IMG/VR virus record: IMGVR_UViG_3300020037_004263
Direction: 5' to 3' (one strand)
From: an uncultured virus (IMG/VR IMGVR_UViG_3300020037_004263)
Lineage: Duplodnaviria; Heunggongvirae; Uroviricota; Caudoviricetes
Length of the DNA: 64,000 bases
The translations under genes and the position numbers were made by a program. The notes below the pieces were generated by a model that made no database searches, had not been told where the DNA came from, and saw only the letters and a program-made list of their open reading frames with translations. Positions 1 to 7,489 of the stretch are shown here, in pieces. Numbering within the stretch: the stretch's first letter is position 1; the number at the start of each line of letters is the position of its first letter.

Positions 1-239
1 AACCGCCCGTCGAGAGCCTGTGTGTAGACGTAGACCAGCGTCGTCTGGTCCATATCCTCGTAAGCATTCTTGAGCAGTTTGCGCTGCGAATAGTTGGCGA
101 TCCGGGGCATGCCGATTTCTCGGTCTGCCGCGTCCATCGAAATCCGGGTAGCTTGTGCCTGCCTCTTTCCTGCGGGATTGGTTTCTACGCCACACCCTGC
201 AAGGGCGACGATGCTGGCGATCAATAGAATGCGCTTCAT
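1..239 (-). CDS. Phage lipoprotein, N-terminal part (runs off the window start)
   Basis: Manual translation MKRILLIASIVALAGCGVETNPAG...MPRIANYSQRKLLKNAYEDMDQ; signal peptide with LAGC lipobox; GGAGG upstream. Absent from the ORF track because it is truncated. Confidence 0.75.
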   Translation of the reverse strand, partial: MKRILLIASIVALAGCGVETNPAGKRQAQATRISMDAADREIGMPRIANYSQRKLLKNAYEDMDQTTLVYVYTQALDGR

Positions 240-240
240 G

Positions 241-609
241 TCAATTTCCTCCGATTTGAGCGGCGCACGCCTGATTGGTGGGCGTGAGTTCGCCTTCGTA
301 AGTGTCGAGAGTGCTGCGGATCAGGTCGGCAACGGCGGTGCGCGCCGGGCCTTCTGCGGCCTGCCAATCGCGGCAATAGCGGGCGATGTCGCGGTTCGTG
401 CCCTGTTGAAACTGGCGGCTGTTGTCGTAGACCTGGGCTACCGTCTCTGCGTCGAACTTCTCGGCCTCGCGCCCGACGAACTTGCCGCCGATGAACAGGG
501 GCAGGATCAGGAAATAGAACACCGCGAGCAGGGCGACGCCGAATGCGAGCCATTTTACGCTAAGCCAGAACATGCCCTTGTCGGGCGAGACTTCATCGTA
601 TTTCGACAT
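241..609 (-). CDS. Hypothetical membrane-anchored protein
   Basis: N-terminal hydrophobic helix; GGAGG RBS; directly upstream of the lipoprotein gene. Confidence 0.75.
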   Translation of the reverse strand: MSKYDEVSPDKGMFWLSVKWLAFGVALLAVFYFLILPLFIGGKFVGREAEKFDAETVAQVYDNSRQFQQGTNRDIARYCRDWQAAEGPARTAVADLIRSTLDTYEGELTPTNQACAAQIGGN

Positions 610-629
610 TGGATTTTCCTCCTGTTGAG

Positions 630-776
630 TTAGCTGTTGCTTACCCGCACGCGGCGGTAGTCGACGGCGTCGCAGCGCCGGCCTGCCTCAAAGGCTAGGA
701 CGATCGCCCGCTTGGCCACGGTATCAGCCCTAGCGGTTTGGAGAATCGACGTCTGGTGTCTAGCGCTGGGTGTCAT
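630..776 (-). CDS. Small hypothetical protein
   Basis: MTPSARHQ...; ATGA overlap with the upstream gene. Confidence 0.5.
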   Translation of the reverse strand: MTPSARHQTSILQTARADTVAKRAIVLAFEAGRRCDAVDYRRVRVSNS

Positions 777-928
777 ACCATCCGCTCCTGTTGCTTGCCG
801 CAGCGTGCGCAAGTCCGTTTCTGGAAGACCGGCCGGACATAGCCCGGCATCGAATAACGCTCGCCCCACCGGCTCCAGTCATGGCCTCGCCAGAAGCAGG
901 AGCCACTCGGACGCTGGTGCTCGGTCAT
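773..928 (-). CDS. Small Cys/His protein (DUF1660-like pattern)
   Basis: CFWRGHDW...CARCG pattern; ATGA coupling on both sides. Confidence 0.55.
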   Translation of the reverse strand: MTEHQRPSGSCFWRGHDWSRWGERYSMPGYVRPVFQKRTCARCGKQQERMV

Positions 929-1116
929 TGGGGTTCTTCCTCTATCGGACGCAACGAAAGTCCGCTGAGCGCGTGGGGGAGCTTTACCTGAAACGCCTTG
1001 CCGCACGGGATGCAGGCGAGTGCGTTCTGTATGCCCGGCGGGCAATACATGCGGACTTCGGCGGCCCTACAATCGGGCGACAGCTGCAGCTGGCAGCGCA
1101 TCGGGGACTTGGCCAT
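925..1116 (-). CDS. Small Cys-rich hypothetical protein
   Basis: AAGGAG RBS; CIPC motif; coupled to the next gene. Confidence 0.55.
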   Translation of the reverse strand: MAKSPMRCQLQLSPDCRAAEVRMYCPPGIQNALACIPCGKAFQVKLPHALSGLSLRPIEEEPQ

Positions 1117-1221
1117 CGCTTCTAATCTCCTTCAATTTGCCCGCCGGAGGCACCCTGCAGCCTCGAAAAGCGGTTCGGGGTAGTTCGGGGGCCGGTTTGC
1201 TCTAGGATCGCTCCTGAGGGG

Positions 1222-1440
1222 CTAATTCTCGATCGCGTTCAAGGCGAAGGGATAGACGCGCCAGTAGATCGGCAGCGACCAGTGCTTCCCGCTCTCGCCG
1301 TGCTGTGCGATCAGCGCGGCGCGCTGCGCGGCCATGCGCGCCTTGCAGAGCGCTTCAGCCGCAGCCCCGTCGTCCATGACGCCGGCCGGGAAGTCGTTGC
1401 CCATGATCACGAACAGGCGCTTGGGGGCGCTGTCGGTCAC
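1222..1440 (-). CDS. Hypothetical protein
   Basis: GTGA overlap with the 1437-2225 gene; phage-like codon usage. Confidence 0.6.
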   Translation of the reverse strand: MTDSAPKRLFVIMGNDFPAGVMDDGAAAEALCKARMAAQRAALIAQHGESGKHWSLPIYWRVYPFALNAIEN

Positions 1441-2225
1441 GACGCGGGCACCGGAGCGGCTTGCATCAGAGCGATGAGTTTGTCAGCGTACCGGATCCAA
1501 GCGGCTTCTTCCGACCCCGCCGACCACACCGCCGACTCCGCCGCCGCCTCCGCCGCCGCCGACCACGCCGACTCCGCCGACCACGCCGACTCCGCCGACC
1601 ACGCCGCCGACCGCGCCGCCGACCACGCCGACTCCGCCGACCGCGCCGCCGACCGCGCCGCCGACCACGCCGACTCCGCCGACCGCGCCGCCGACTCCGC
1701 CGCCGACTCCGCCGCCGACCACGCCGCCGACTCCGCCGCCGACCACGCCGCCGACTCCGCCGCCGACCACGCCGCCGACTCAGAAATGGGCTCGCCGCGG
1801 GCTGCGGAGCGCACGATATCGAGAGCCGGCTGGCATGCCTCACGAACGCTGTCGGCCTCAGGCCGCGCGAGTGCTTCTGAAACTACAAAGTCGAGGAACT
1901 GCCACTGCACGAGCGACAAATCGGCACCGACCGAGGCAGCTGACATGAACCGGATTGGCCAGCGCGCAGCATGCCCGTTCGGCAGGTTCTCGAAGATGGA
2001 ATCTTCAAGCCGCGCGAGAGCCCGCGGGATGCCGAACCGGGGCTCATACTCGGCGTGCTCGTCGGAGTGAATTGTGCACCCCACGGCGCAGCCCTTGCCG
2101 TTCTCCCAGTAGATGCCCTTGACGATGCGATCCGCGTCGGCGTGGTCCCGCAGCTCGGCGATGATCGCGAGCTTCTGGGCTTCGCCCCCGGGGTAGGCGC
2201 GCAGGGCGGTTAGTGTTGATGTCAT
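1437..2225 (-). CDS. Hypothetical protein with Ala/Trp-rich tandem repeats (AWSAAESA)
   Basis: GGAG RBS; globular N-terminus (YWENGKGCAVGC) followed by SAAW/SAAE/SAAR repeats. Confidence 0.8.
   Translation of the reverse strand: MTSTLTALRAYPGGEAQKLAIIAELRDHADADRIVKGIYWENGKGCAVGCTIHSDEHAEYEPRFGIPRALARLEDSIFENLPNGHAARWPIRFMSAASVGADLSLVQWQFLDFVVSEALARPEADSVREACQPALDIVRSAARGEPISESAAWSAAESAAWSAAESAAWSAAESAAESAARSAESAWSAARSAARSAESAWSAARSAAWSAESAWSAESAWSAAAEAAAESAVWSAGSEEAAWIRYADKLIALMQAAPVPAS
1516..1781. repeat. Coding tandem repeat of 9- and 12-bp units (gccgaccac / gccgactcc / gccgaccgc, with or without gcc)
   Basis: Directly visible; all unit lengths are multiples of 3. Confidence 0.9.
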
Positions 2226-2237
2226 AGCGGTGAACTC

Positions 2238-2393
2238 CTAGAAAGACGGCTCGGCCGGGAAGGCCAGGCACAGGAACATAAGCGCCGACTTGGCGCGGCG
2301 ACGGGCCTTGCGGGTGAGGGTGCGGGCCTTGGTCTCGGCGTCGCGGATGTCGGACCGGGGGCGGGGCTGGTAGCGCTGGGCGGAGAGGGACAT
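2238..2393 (-). CDS. Small basic hypothetical protein
   Basis: MSLSAQRYQPRPRSDIRDAETKAR...; GGAGG upstream. Confidence 0.5.
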   Translation of the reverse strand: MSLSAQRYQPRPRSDIRDAETKARTLTRKARRRAKSALMFLCLAFPAEPSF

Positions 2394-2398
2394 AGCAG

Positions 2399-2668
2399 TC
2401 ATGCCTCCTTCGCTTGCATCGCCGAGACCGTTTCGCGTTCGGCTTCGGTGTCGCCGGCGATCGCGTCCGACGACAGCCAGCAATACCGATATTTGGGGTC
2501 GTGCGTGTTGCCGGTAAGATCGATCAGGACCTTTGCTTGCGCGGCGGCGAACAGATCGCCGCGTAGACCGTCGGCGCCTTTGATGCGCAGCGCCTGCGTG
2601 CCAGCCGGAGGAGTGATCGAGCTTCCGCAATAGCGAAGGTCGAGGGGGCGGTTTGTGCGATAAGCCAT
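2399..2668 (-). CDS. Hypothetical protein
   Basis: Fits the tightly packed minus-strand operon. Confidence 0.6.
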   Translation of the reverse strand: MAYRTNRPLDLRYCGSSITPPAGTQALRIKGADGLRGDLFAAAQAKVLIDLTGNTHDPKYRYCWLSSDAIAGDTEAERETVSAMQAKEA

Positions 2669-2671
2669 GGC

Positions 2672-3256
2672 TCAGAACGCCCGCGCGGCATCGGCGAGCG
2701 CAGCGAGATTGTCCTTGCCGATGCCGTTGCGCAGCTGCAGGGCGATCGCCAAGCAAGCGCGATAAGTTTTCTCTGCGTTGCGACTGTCGACGTCGTAGCC
2801 GAAGTCGCCGGCCCAGTCCTCGAAGCTGCCGTGGTTCAGCACGTCCGCGTCGAGCACTAGCGAAGCGATCACGCTAGGAGCGTCGGGCAGGATAGACTTG
2901 TGGCCGTAAGGCGACTGGTGCTCGTTTGTGTGCGACTCCTTGCCGTTCTCGCATTCCCAGTCGATGAACCGCGAACGGAGCACGCTGTTCTGGTGACCGA
3001 GCCGCTTAACAGATGCCTTGTAAGACGGGCAATGCGCGATGCCGGCGCTGTAATCCGTTGTCAGAATGTCGCGGAAGCGAGCGTCGGCGTTCTCGTTCAT
3101 CGTGCGGCGAACGAGCGTCACACGCCAGTTAAGCGAGCGATGTTTTTCGTTCGCGTTGCGCGACTGGCTGAAAGGAACGAACTCGGCGCGAATCGAAAGG
3201 CCCAAGCGCTCGATGCAGTCGGCGAGGGTCTCTTGGGTGACAGTCTGGTCGGTCAT
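2672..3256 (-). CDS. Hypothetical early protein
   Basis: Start moved to MTDQTVT after AAAGGGA; first gene behind the promoter at 3268-3318; C-terminal FEDWAGDFGYDVDSRNAEKTY motif. Confidence 0.75.
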   Translation of the reverse strand: MTDQTVTQETLADCIERLGLSIRAEFVPFSQSRNANEKHRSLNWRVTLVRRTMNENADARFRDILTTDYSAGIAHCPSYKASVKRLGHQNSVLRSRFIDWECENGKESHTNEHQSPYGHKSILPDAPSVIASLVLDADVLNHGSFEDWAGDFGYDVDSRNAEKTYRACLAIALQLRNGIGKDNLAALADAARAF

Positions 3257-3267
3257 ATCGGTTAATC

Positions 3268-3318
3268 CCTTTGTGTTGCTGACAAGTGCTACTCTAAAGC
3301 GGGTGGTTGTAATGTCAA
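3268..3318 (-). promoter_or_regulatory. Early promoter cassette, copy 1
   Basis: TTGACA-tt-ACAA-N8-TTTAgagt...TGTCAGCAACACAAAGGG; matches the other copies. Confidence 0.75.
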
Positions 3319-3344
3319 GCGGGAAAATGCGCGGGGGCGACGTT

Positions 3345-3644
3345 TTATTCTGCGGCCCAACGCGTGCAGACATAGTCCGGTTTGACGATCTGGTAGCCGT
3401 AGAAGTCGCTCTCAATCGAGCAATGTTTACTGTTGTCAGTGCTCCGTGGAACCGGCTCCCAATGCCGACACGTCGCGCAGCTGGCTGATGGGTTGGCCGC
3501 GAGGAAAGCTTTCAGCTCCTCCGCGTAGCGCCAACGCTTCCGTAGGTTGTTCCGGCGTTTGGAAGCGCCGGGTTTAGCGCGGTTCGCGCGTGCCCATTCG
3601 AAAGGCCAGGCTTGCGCAATCGCCTTGTCTGTCGCGTCGCCCAT
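3345..3644 (-). CDS. Hypothetical Cys-containing protein
   Basis: MGDATDKAIAQ...CATCRHW...C...C; TAATG coupling. Confidence 0.55.
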   Translation of the reverse strand: MGDATDKAIAQAWPFEWARANRAKPGASKRRNNLRKRWRYAEELKAFLAANPSASCATCRHWEPVPRSTDNSKHCSIESDFYGYQIVKPDYVCTRWAAE

Positions 3645-3826
3645 TAGCCGCGAGCCTTCCGGACTGTGCTGCCCCTTCGGACGAATCCGCTGCAACGCAA
3701 CTTGTCGAGGCGATCAGTTGCGATCAGGCGCGCAACGCGCTTCTCGTGGAAGGCGAAGGCTTCGCGGTACGCCTTGCGGAGCATGACGCGCTTAGCGCGG
3801 CGGTTTGTGGTTCTAAGAGATGTCAT
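3644..3826 (-). CDS. Small basic hypothetical protein
   Basis: MTSLRTTNRRAK...; TGATG coupling. Confidence 0.5.
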   Translation of the reverse strand: MTSLRTTNRRAKRVMLRKAYREAFAFHEKRVARLIATDRLDKLRCSGFVRRGSTVRKARG

Positions 3827-4014
3827 CAGCCACGATCCTCTTGGTTCAGACGCGCCAGCACGGCGCCCCACGATCCGACCTTGTAGTGGCCCATCAGTGT
3901 GAGACGCGCGAGATGGATCATGCGGTCGCGATCGAACTCGGCCGTACCTTCGCGGATGAACCCGCCAGACGGGTAAGAGGCGATCGTGAACAGCGCGTTA
4001 ACGAGATCGTTCAC
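3826..4014 (-). CDS. Hypothetical protein
   Basis: GAGGAG RBS, GTG start, coupled stop. Confidence 0.55.
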   Translation of the reverse strand: MNDLVNALFTIASYPSGGFIREGTAEFDRDRMIHLARLTLMGHYKVGSWGAVLARLNQEDRG

Positions 4015-4126
4015 GGCTGTAGCTCCTCAGGGAAGGCGGGTACATAACGACCGAGCGCGGCGTCCCAGACATCGAGCGCCGCGGCGCAAGGGTCGGAGAC
4101 GGCGCAGGGGCGGTTGTGGGTGTCGG

Positions 4127-4354
4127 TCATAACGTGCCGTGCTCCGATGCGAGGGCGTACCAAGCGGCCGGGCTGATAGGCTCTAGCCCGTGGCCAGTGT
4201 GCAGCCAGCTGACTGTGCTGGGCGTGATCTCGATGCGATCGATCTCGGCGCCGCGCTCGTCATAGATAATATATTCCCAGCGAGCTTGTCCGTGCGACAT
4301 GTTGCCGGGCAGCTGGCGGTTCGCCATGATGTAGCGCTTGGGCTGGTCGGTCAT
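4127..4354 (-). CDS. Hypothetical protein
   Basis: AAGGA RBS; operon context. Confidence 0.6.
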   Translation of the reverse strand: MTDQPKRYIMANRQLPGNMSHGQARWEYIIYDERGAEIDRIEITPSTVSWLHTGHGLEPISPAAWYALASEHGTL

Positions 4355-4454
4355 CGTTCAAGTTCCTTCAGTAGCCAGCGCAGATCGCGCCAGAGGCTTA
4401 GCACGGCGAGCGCGAAGCCGATTGCGAAGGGGAGGAAGGCGAGCTGTTCGAGCA

Positions 4455-4661
4455 TCAGCACGTTCCACCCAGGAGCTTGCGGTTGATCTGGGCGAGGTTG
4501 CTGCCGAAGAGGTGCTGGCCGCCATCGCTTTGGGGAGCGGCAGCCCAGCCGGTGCGACCATAGCGGCGGATATGGTAGATCGTGCCGTCGATGCCGTACC
4601 CGACGTAGTAGTCGTGATGCGGTGCAAGCTTCCGGCTTTCAATCTGGCTGTGATAGTCCAT
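4455..4661 (-). CDS. Hypothetical early protein
   Basis: First gene behind promoter copy 2. Confidence 0.65.
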   Translation of the reverse strand: MDYHSQIESRKLAPHHDYYVGYGIDGTIYHIRRYGRTGWAAAPQSDGGQHLFGSNLAQINRKLLGGTC

Positions 4662-4676
4662 GGTCTCGATCCCGTT

Positions 4677-4728
4677 TCCTGTGCTGCTGACAAGAGATGC
4701 TATAAACCGACTGGTTGCGAGTTGTCAA
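4677..4728 (-). promoter_or_regulatory. Early promoter cassette, copy 2
   Basis: TTGACA-actc-GCAA-N8-TTTAtagc...TGTCAGCAGCACAGGA. Confidence 0.75.
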
Positions 4729-5018
4729 GTGCTAATCGTCGCTTCGGCGAGAACGCTTTCGGCGAATGCTAGGGGGATTGCGGGAAAGCCGCCCGGCGAT
4801 TGTTTGGCTGTCGCGACCATATGTTGCAGCGCGGCGAGCATGCGCGGGGCTGCTGCGATCAATCGCTGATCGGCCAGAAGCTGATCCGGGTCTGCCATAT
4901 CAGCGCCGTCGACTATCTCCGCGATCTGGATAGGTTCGCCACTCGCGTCGGCTATGCCGATGCTGCGACCGTCATCCCACGCAATCCAGGGTCCGGGCGT
5001 GTGTGATGTCTGTGTCAT
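4725..5018 (-). CDS. Hypothetical phage protein (HTPGPW...LIAAAP family)
   Basis: HTPGPW and RLIAAAPRML motifs, common in small phage proteins; AGGAG RBS. Confidence 0.75.
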   Translation of the reverse strand: MTQTSHTPGPWIAWDDGRSIGIADASGEPIQIAEIVDGADMADPDQLLADQRLIAAAPRMLAALQHMVATAKQSPGGFPAIPLAFAESVLAEATIST

Positions 5019-5092
5019 TGTCTTCTATCTCCTGACGGTTGCCAATGCTGCCTTGCAGTACCTCGGGCCACAAGGCAGGGAGGGCGATCGTT

Positions 5093-5347
5093 TCAGTTGC
5101 AATGCCAGCGCACGGCTTCCGGCGCGAGATCGTATTTGATGAGCCTGAACATCCCATTACGCTGCATGCCTTCGCGGATGACGATGCGGGCGCCATCGTT
5201 CGCGAGGATGGCGATCGCCTTGCCGTGCTGCACGGCGAAACGGTCCATCGCGCTTTTCCATGTCCGGACGCCAAAATACTTCGCAGCGCTGCGCCAGTAG
5301 GCAACTGTGCCGACGGTGTGTGCTGTTGCGTTGATCGGGATGGTCAT
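5093..5347 (-). CDS. Hypothetical early protein
   Basis: Start moved to MTIPINATAH, directly behind promoter copy 3 and AAAGGA. Confidence 0.65.
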   Translation of the reverse strand: MTIPINATAHTVGTVAYWRSAAKYFGVRTWKSAMDRFAVQHGKAIAILANDGARIVIREGMQRNGMFRLIKYDLAPEAVRWHCN

Positions 5348-5357
5348 TGTCTTGGTG

Positions 5358-5410
5358 TCCTTTGTGCTGCTGACAGGGACGGTATAAAGTAGGCGGTTGC
5401 GGGTTGTCAA
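5358..5410 (-). promoter_or_regulatory. Early promoter cassette, copy 3
   Basis: TTGACA-accc-GCAA-N8-TTTAtacc...TGTCAGCAGCACAAAGGA. Confidence 0.75.
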
Positions 5411-5477
5411 GAGGGAAAACGCACTTGGGAGTGGTGTTGGTGTGGTCTCTGGTGTGGTGGTGGTTTTACTGGTCCTG

Positions 5478-5529
5478 TTTTGGGTGTGGTCCTGTCCCCC
5501 TAACGGGAAGGACAGGACCACACCCAAAA
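5478..5529. repeat. Perfect 20-bp inverted repeat in the divergent intergenic region
   Basis: ttttgggtgtggtcctgtcc (5478-5497) pairs with ggacaggaccacacccaaaa (5510-5529). Confidence 0.9.
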
Positions 5530-5617
5530 AGAACCAGAGCGACAGGGCAGTTTTGATTGACGCAGGACCGTCTTTGTGGGAGTGGTTTAGCGCCAACAGG
5601 AAACAGGATCGTCGCTC

Positions 5618-6244
5618 GTGACAAATGATGAAATGATTGCGGCCAAGAGGAAAGAGGCTAAGCAGTTCAAGGGCGTTTCGTACGAGACAGATCGCAATCA
5701 GTTTCGAGCGGATATCTACATCAAAGGGGCGAAGACGCTCGTCGGGCGGTACGAGACGGCGGAAGCCGCTGGCCTGGCCTTCGCGAAGATGCGCGAAGCC
5801 AACCCCGTCGAGTCGAAGAAATCGAAGCGCAAGGCGAGCGGCCCGAAACCCTTGGCCAAGACTGACGATAGCATTCACCCTGCGATCATTGTGGCAGATG
5901 ATGTTGCTGAGCGCTTTGGTCTGGCCAGCGAGACGGCGCCGCTAGCTGAGTTCGCCGCGGCGGTGTGCGCGGAGATCGCGAAGCAGAACTTGCCGTGCCC
6001 GATGTCGCTCGATGCGATGCAGACGTGTTTGCATCGGTTCTGGCATCAAGCGCGGTGCTTCGCTTTTGATCCAGACGGCAGAGACGACATCGTTGTGTTC
6101 ACCGAACGGTCTGAGTTGCTGCCAGCTGGCGCGATACCTAGCGGACGGGCAGGCAAGGCAGCGCGGCAAGAGAATGTACGGGAACACGGCTCGGTCGTAA
6201 ATGTGGACATGCTCGAAGCTTGTGGCGCGGCGGCGTACGTTTAA
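5618..6244 (+). CDS. AP2-domain DNA-binding protein
   Basis: FKGVSY...FRADIYIKG...VGRYETAEAAGLAF resembles the AP2/ERF domain pattern; no HNH motif seen. Confidence 0.65.
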   Translation: MTNDEMIAAKRKEAKQFKGVSYETDRNQFRADIYIKGAKTLVGRYETAEAAGLAFAKMREANPVESKKSKRKASGPKPLAKTDDSIHPAIIVADDVAERFGLASETAPLAEFAAAVCAEIAKQNLPCPMSLDAMQTCLHRFWHQARCFAFDPDGRDDIVVFTERSELLPAGAIPSGRAGKAARQENVREHGSVVNVDMLEACGAAAYV

Positions 6245-6355
6245 AGCCATCGGCTGCGAGCATAGGGCAAAGAGCCGCGGTTCGGACAAACCGGTGCGCA
6301 CCGCTTCCCGCGCGCGACCTTGCGGCGAACAGCCAGTTCGTGTTAAGCGCCACGC

Positions 6356-7489
6356 ATGGCCACGCAGCTACGCGCACCGACCGCATACGACCGCAGCATC
6401 GCCGACGACATCATCACTCGCGTCGGCAACGGCGAGAACACTCGCGCCATCATGCGCACGATCGGTATTAATCATTCGACGCTGTACCGTTGGTTCGCCG
6501 CGGATCCCGAGCTATCTGCCCGCTATGAAGAGGCGCGGCTGCAGGGCGCCCACGCGATTGCCAACGAAGCGCTGGCCATCCTGGACGGTGACGACCTGGA
6601 TGAGATGGTTCCCAGCGAGATCGAAGGCGCCAAGGGCCTGGTGCCTCGCGCGGTCAAGCTGGCAGCGATCGGAGGGGATCCCGTCGCCCGAGCTCGCCTG
6701 CGCTTCGAGGGCAGGATGAAGCTCCTGGCCAAGTGGTTCCCCCAGCACTACGGCGACAAGCTCCTTCATGCCGGCCACGACGGTGGGGCGATCAAGAGCG
6801 AGACGGCACTGAGCGTCAAGGAACTGGCACAACAATTGCGTGCCCGTGCATCGGGGCTGACGATCGAGGGTGATGCAAAAGAGTTGTTGACAGATGCAAG
6901 CGACCGCTTTACTGCTGTGTCTGTCAGCAACGAAAGGGATGACCCATGCCTTACCAGTTCAACAGCGAAGCAGAGGCCAAGGCGGCAATCGCCCGCGCCA
7001 TCAGCACCGGGCGCTGCACTTCAGGGTACGCAGCGATCCGCTTCGGGGGCGCTACCTACTGGACAGCGCACGTCCGCAACGGTGGCACGGGCTGGTGCCT
7101 CTGAGCCAGGAGCGCCACGCTCCGAGCCCTGCGCTCCTGGCTCAGAGCGCAGCGGCGAAGGGCGCGGGACCGTAAGCGCTGGCGCGGCCGGCGGAAAGCG
7201 GCGATCGAGGGGGGCGGGGGACCGGGGTGGGGGCTCAGAACGGGGGGCCTCCGGCGAAACGGGTGGGACTCCGGCCCCACAAATTTTTGAGAACGATTCC
7301 AACGACTTACCCGCAACCAGCTACTTGCCCACAGCCCGTAACAATCCCCGCCGAAGCACCACCCTTTCCCGAAATTTTTCCGAGAAAAATCAGACAACTA
7401 AAAGCGGTAACGAACCCGGGGAGCCGCCGCAGAGCACCACCCCCGAGTTCCCGTCCGACGAGGACTGGGCTCCGGAGGACTACGTGTGA
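6356..7489 (+). CDS. terS: Terminase small subunit with a long low-complexity C-terminal extension
   Basis: HTH-like N-terminus (INHSTLYRW), YEEAR, RMKLLAKWFPQHYGDK as in Sf6 gp1-like TerS; lies upstream of terL. Confidence 0.8.
   Translation: MATQLRAPTAYDRSIADDIITRVGNGENTRAIMRTIGINHSTLYRWFAADPELSARYEEARLQGAHAIANEALAILDGDDLDEMVPSEIEGAKGLVPRAVKLAAIGGDPVARARLRFEGRMKLLAKWFPQHYGDKLLHAGHDGGAIKSETALSVKELAQQLRARASGLTIEGDAKELLTDASDRFTAVSVSNERDDPCLTSSTAKQRPRRQSPAPSAPGAALQGTQRSASGALPTGQRTSATVARAGASEPGAPRSEPCAPGSERSGEGRGTVSAGAAGGKRRSRGAGDRGGGSERGASGETGGTPAPQIFENDSNDLPATSYLPTARNNPRRSTTLSRNFSEKNQTTKSGNEPGEPPQSTTPEFPSDEDWAPEDYV
6887..6939 (+). promoter_or_regulatory. Early promoter cassette, copy 4, inside the terS ORF
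   Basis: TTGACA-gat-GCAA-N8-TTTActgc...TGTCAGCAACGAAAGGGA. Confidence 0.7.
6946..7104 (+). CDS. 52-aa protein nested out of frame in terS
   Basis: MPYQFNSEAEAKAAIARAISTGRCTSGYAAIRFGGATYWTAHVRNGGTGWCL; has its own promoter cassette and AAAGGGA RBS. Confidence 0.6.
   Translation: MPYQFNSEAEAKAAIARAISTGRCTSGYAAIRFGGATYWTAHVRNGGTGWCL

Noticed and set aside
1173..1186. Alphaproteobacterial LexA box (GTTC-N7-GTTC)
   Set aside because: The spacing here is N6 (gttc-ggggta-gttc).
1516..1781. Possible CRISPR array
   Set aside because: Units are 9-12 bp with no unique spacers, lie in frame within a CDS, and no cas operon is present.
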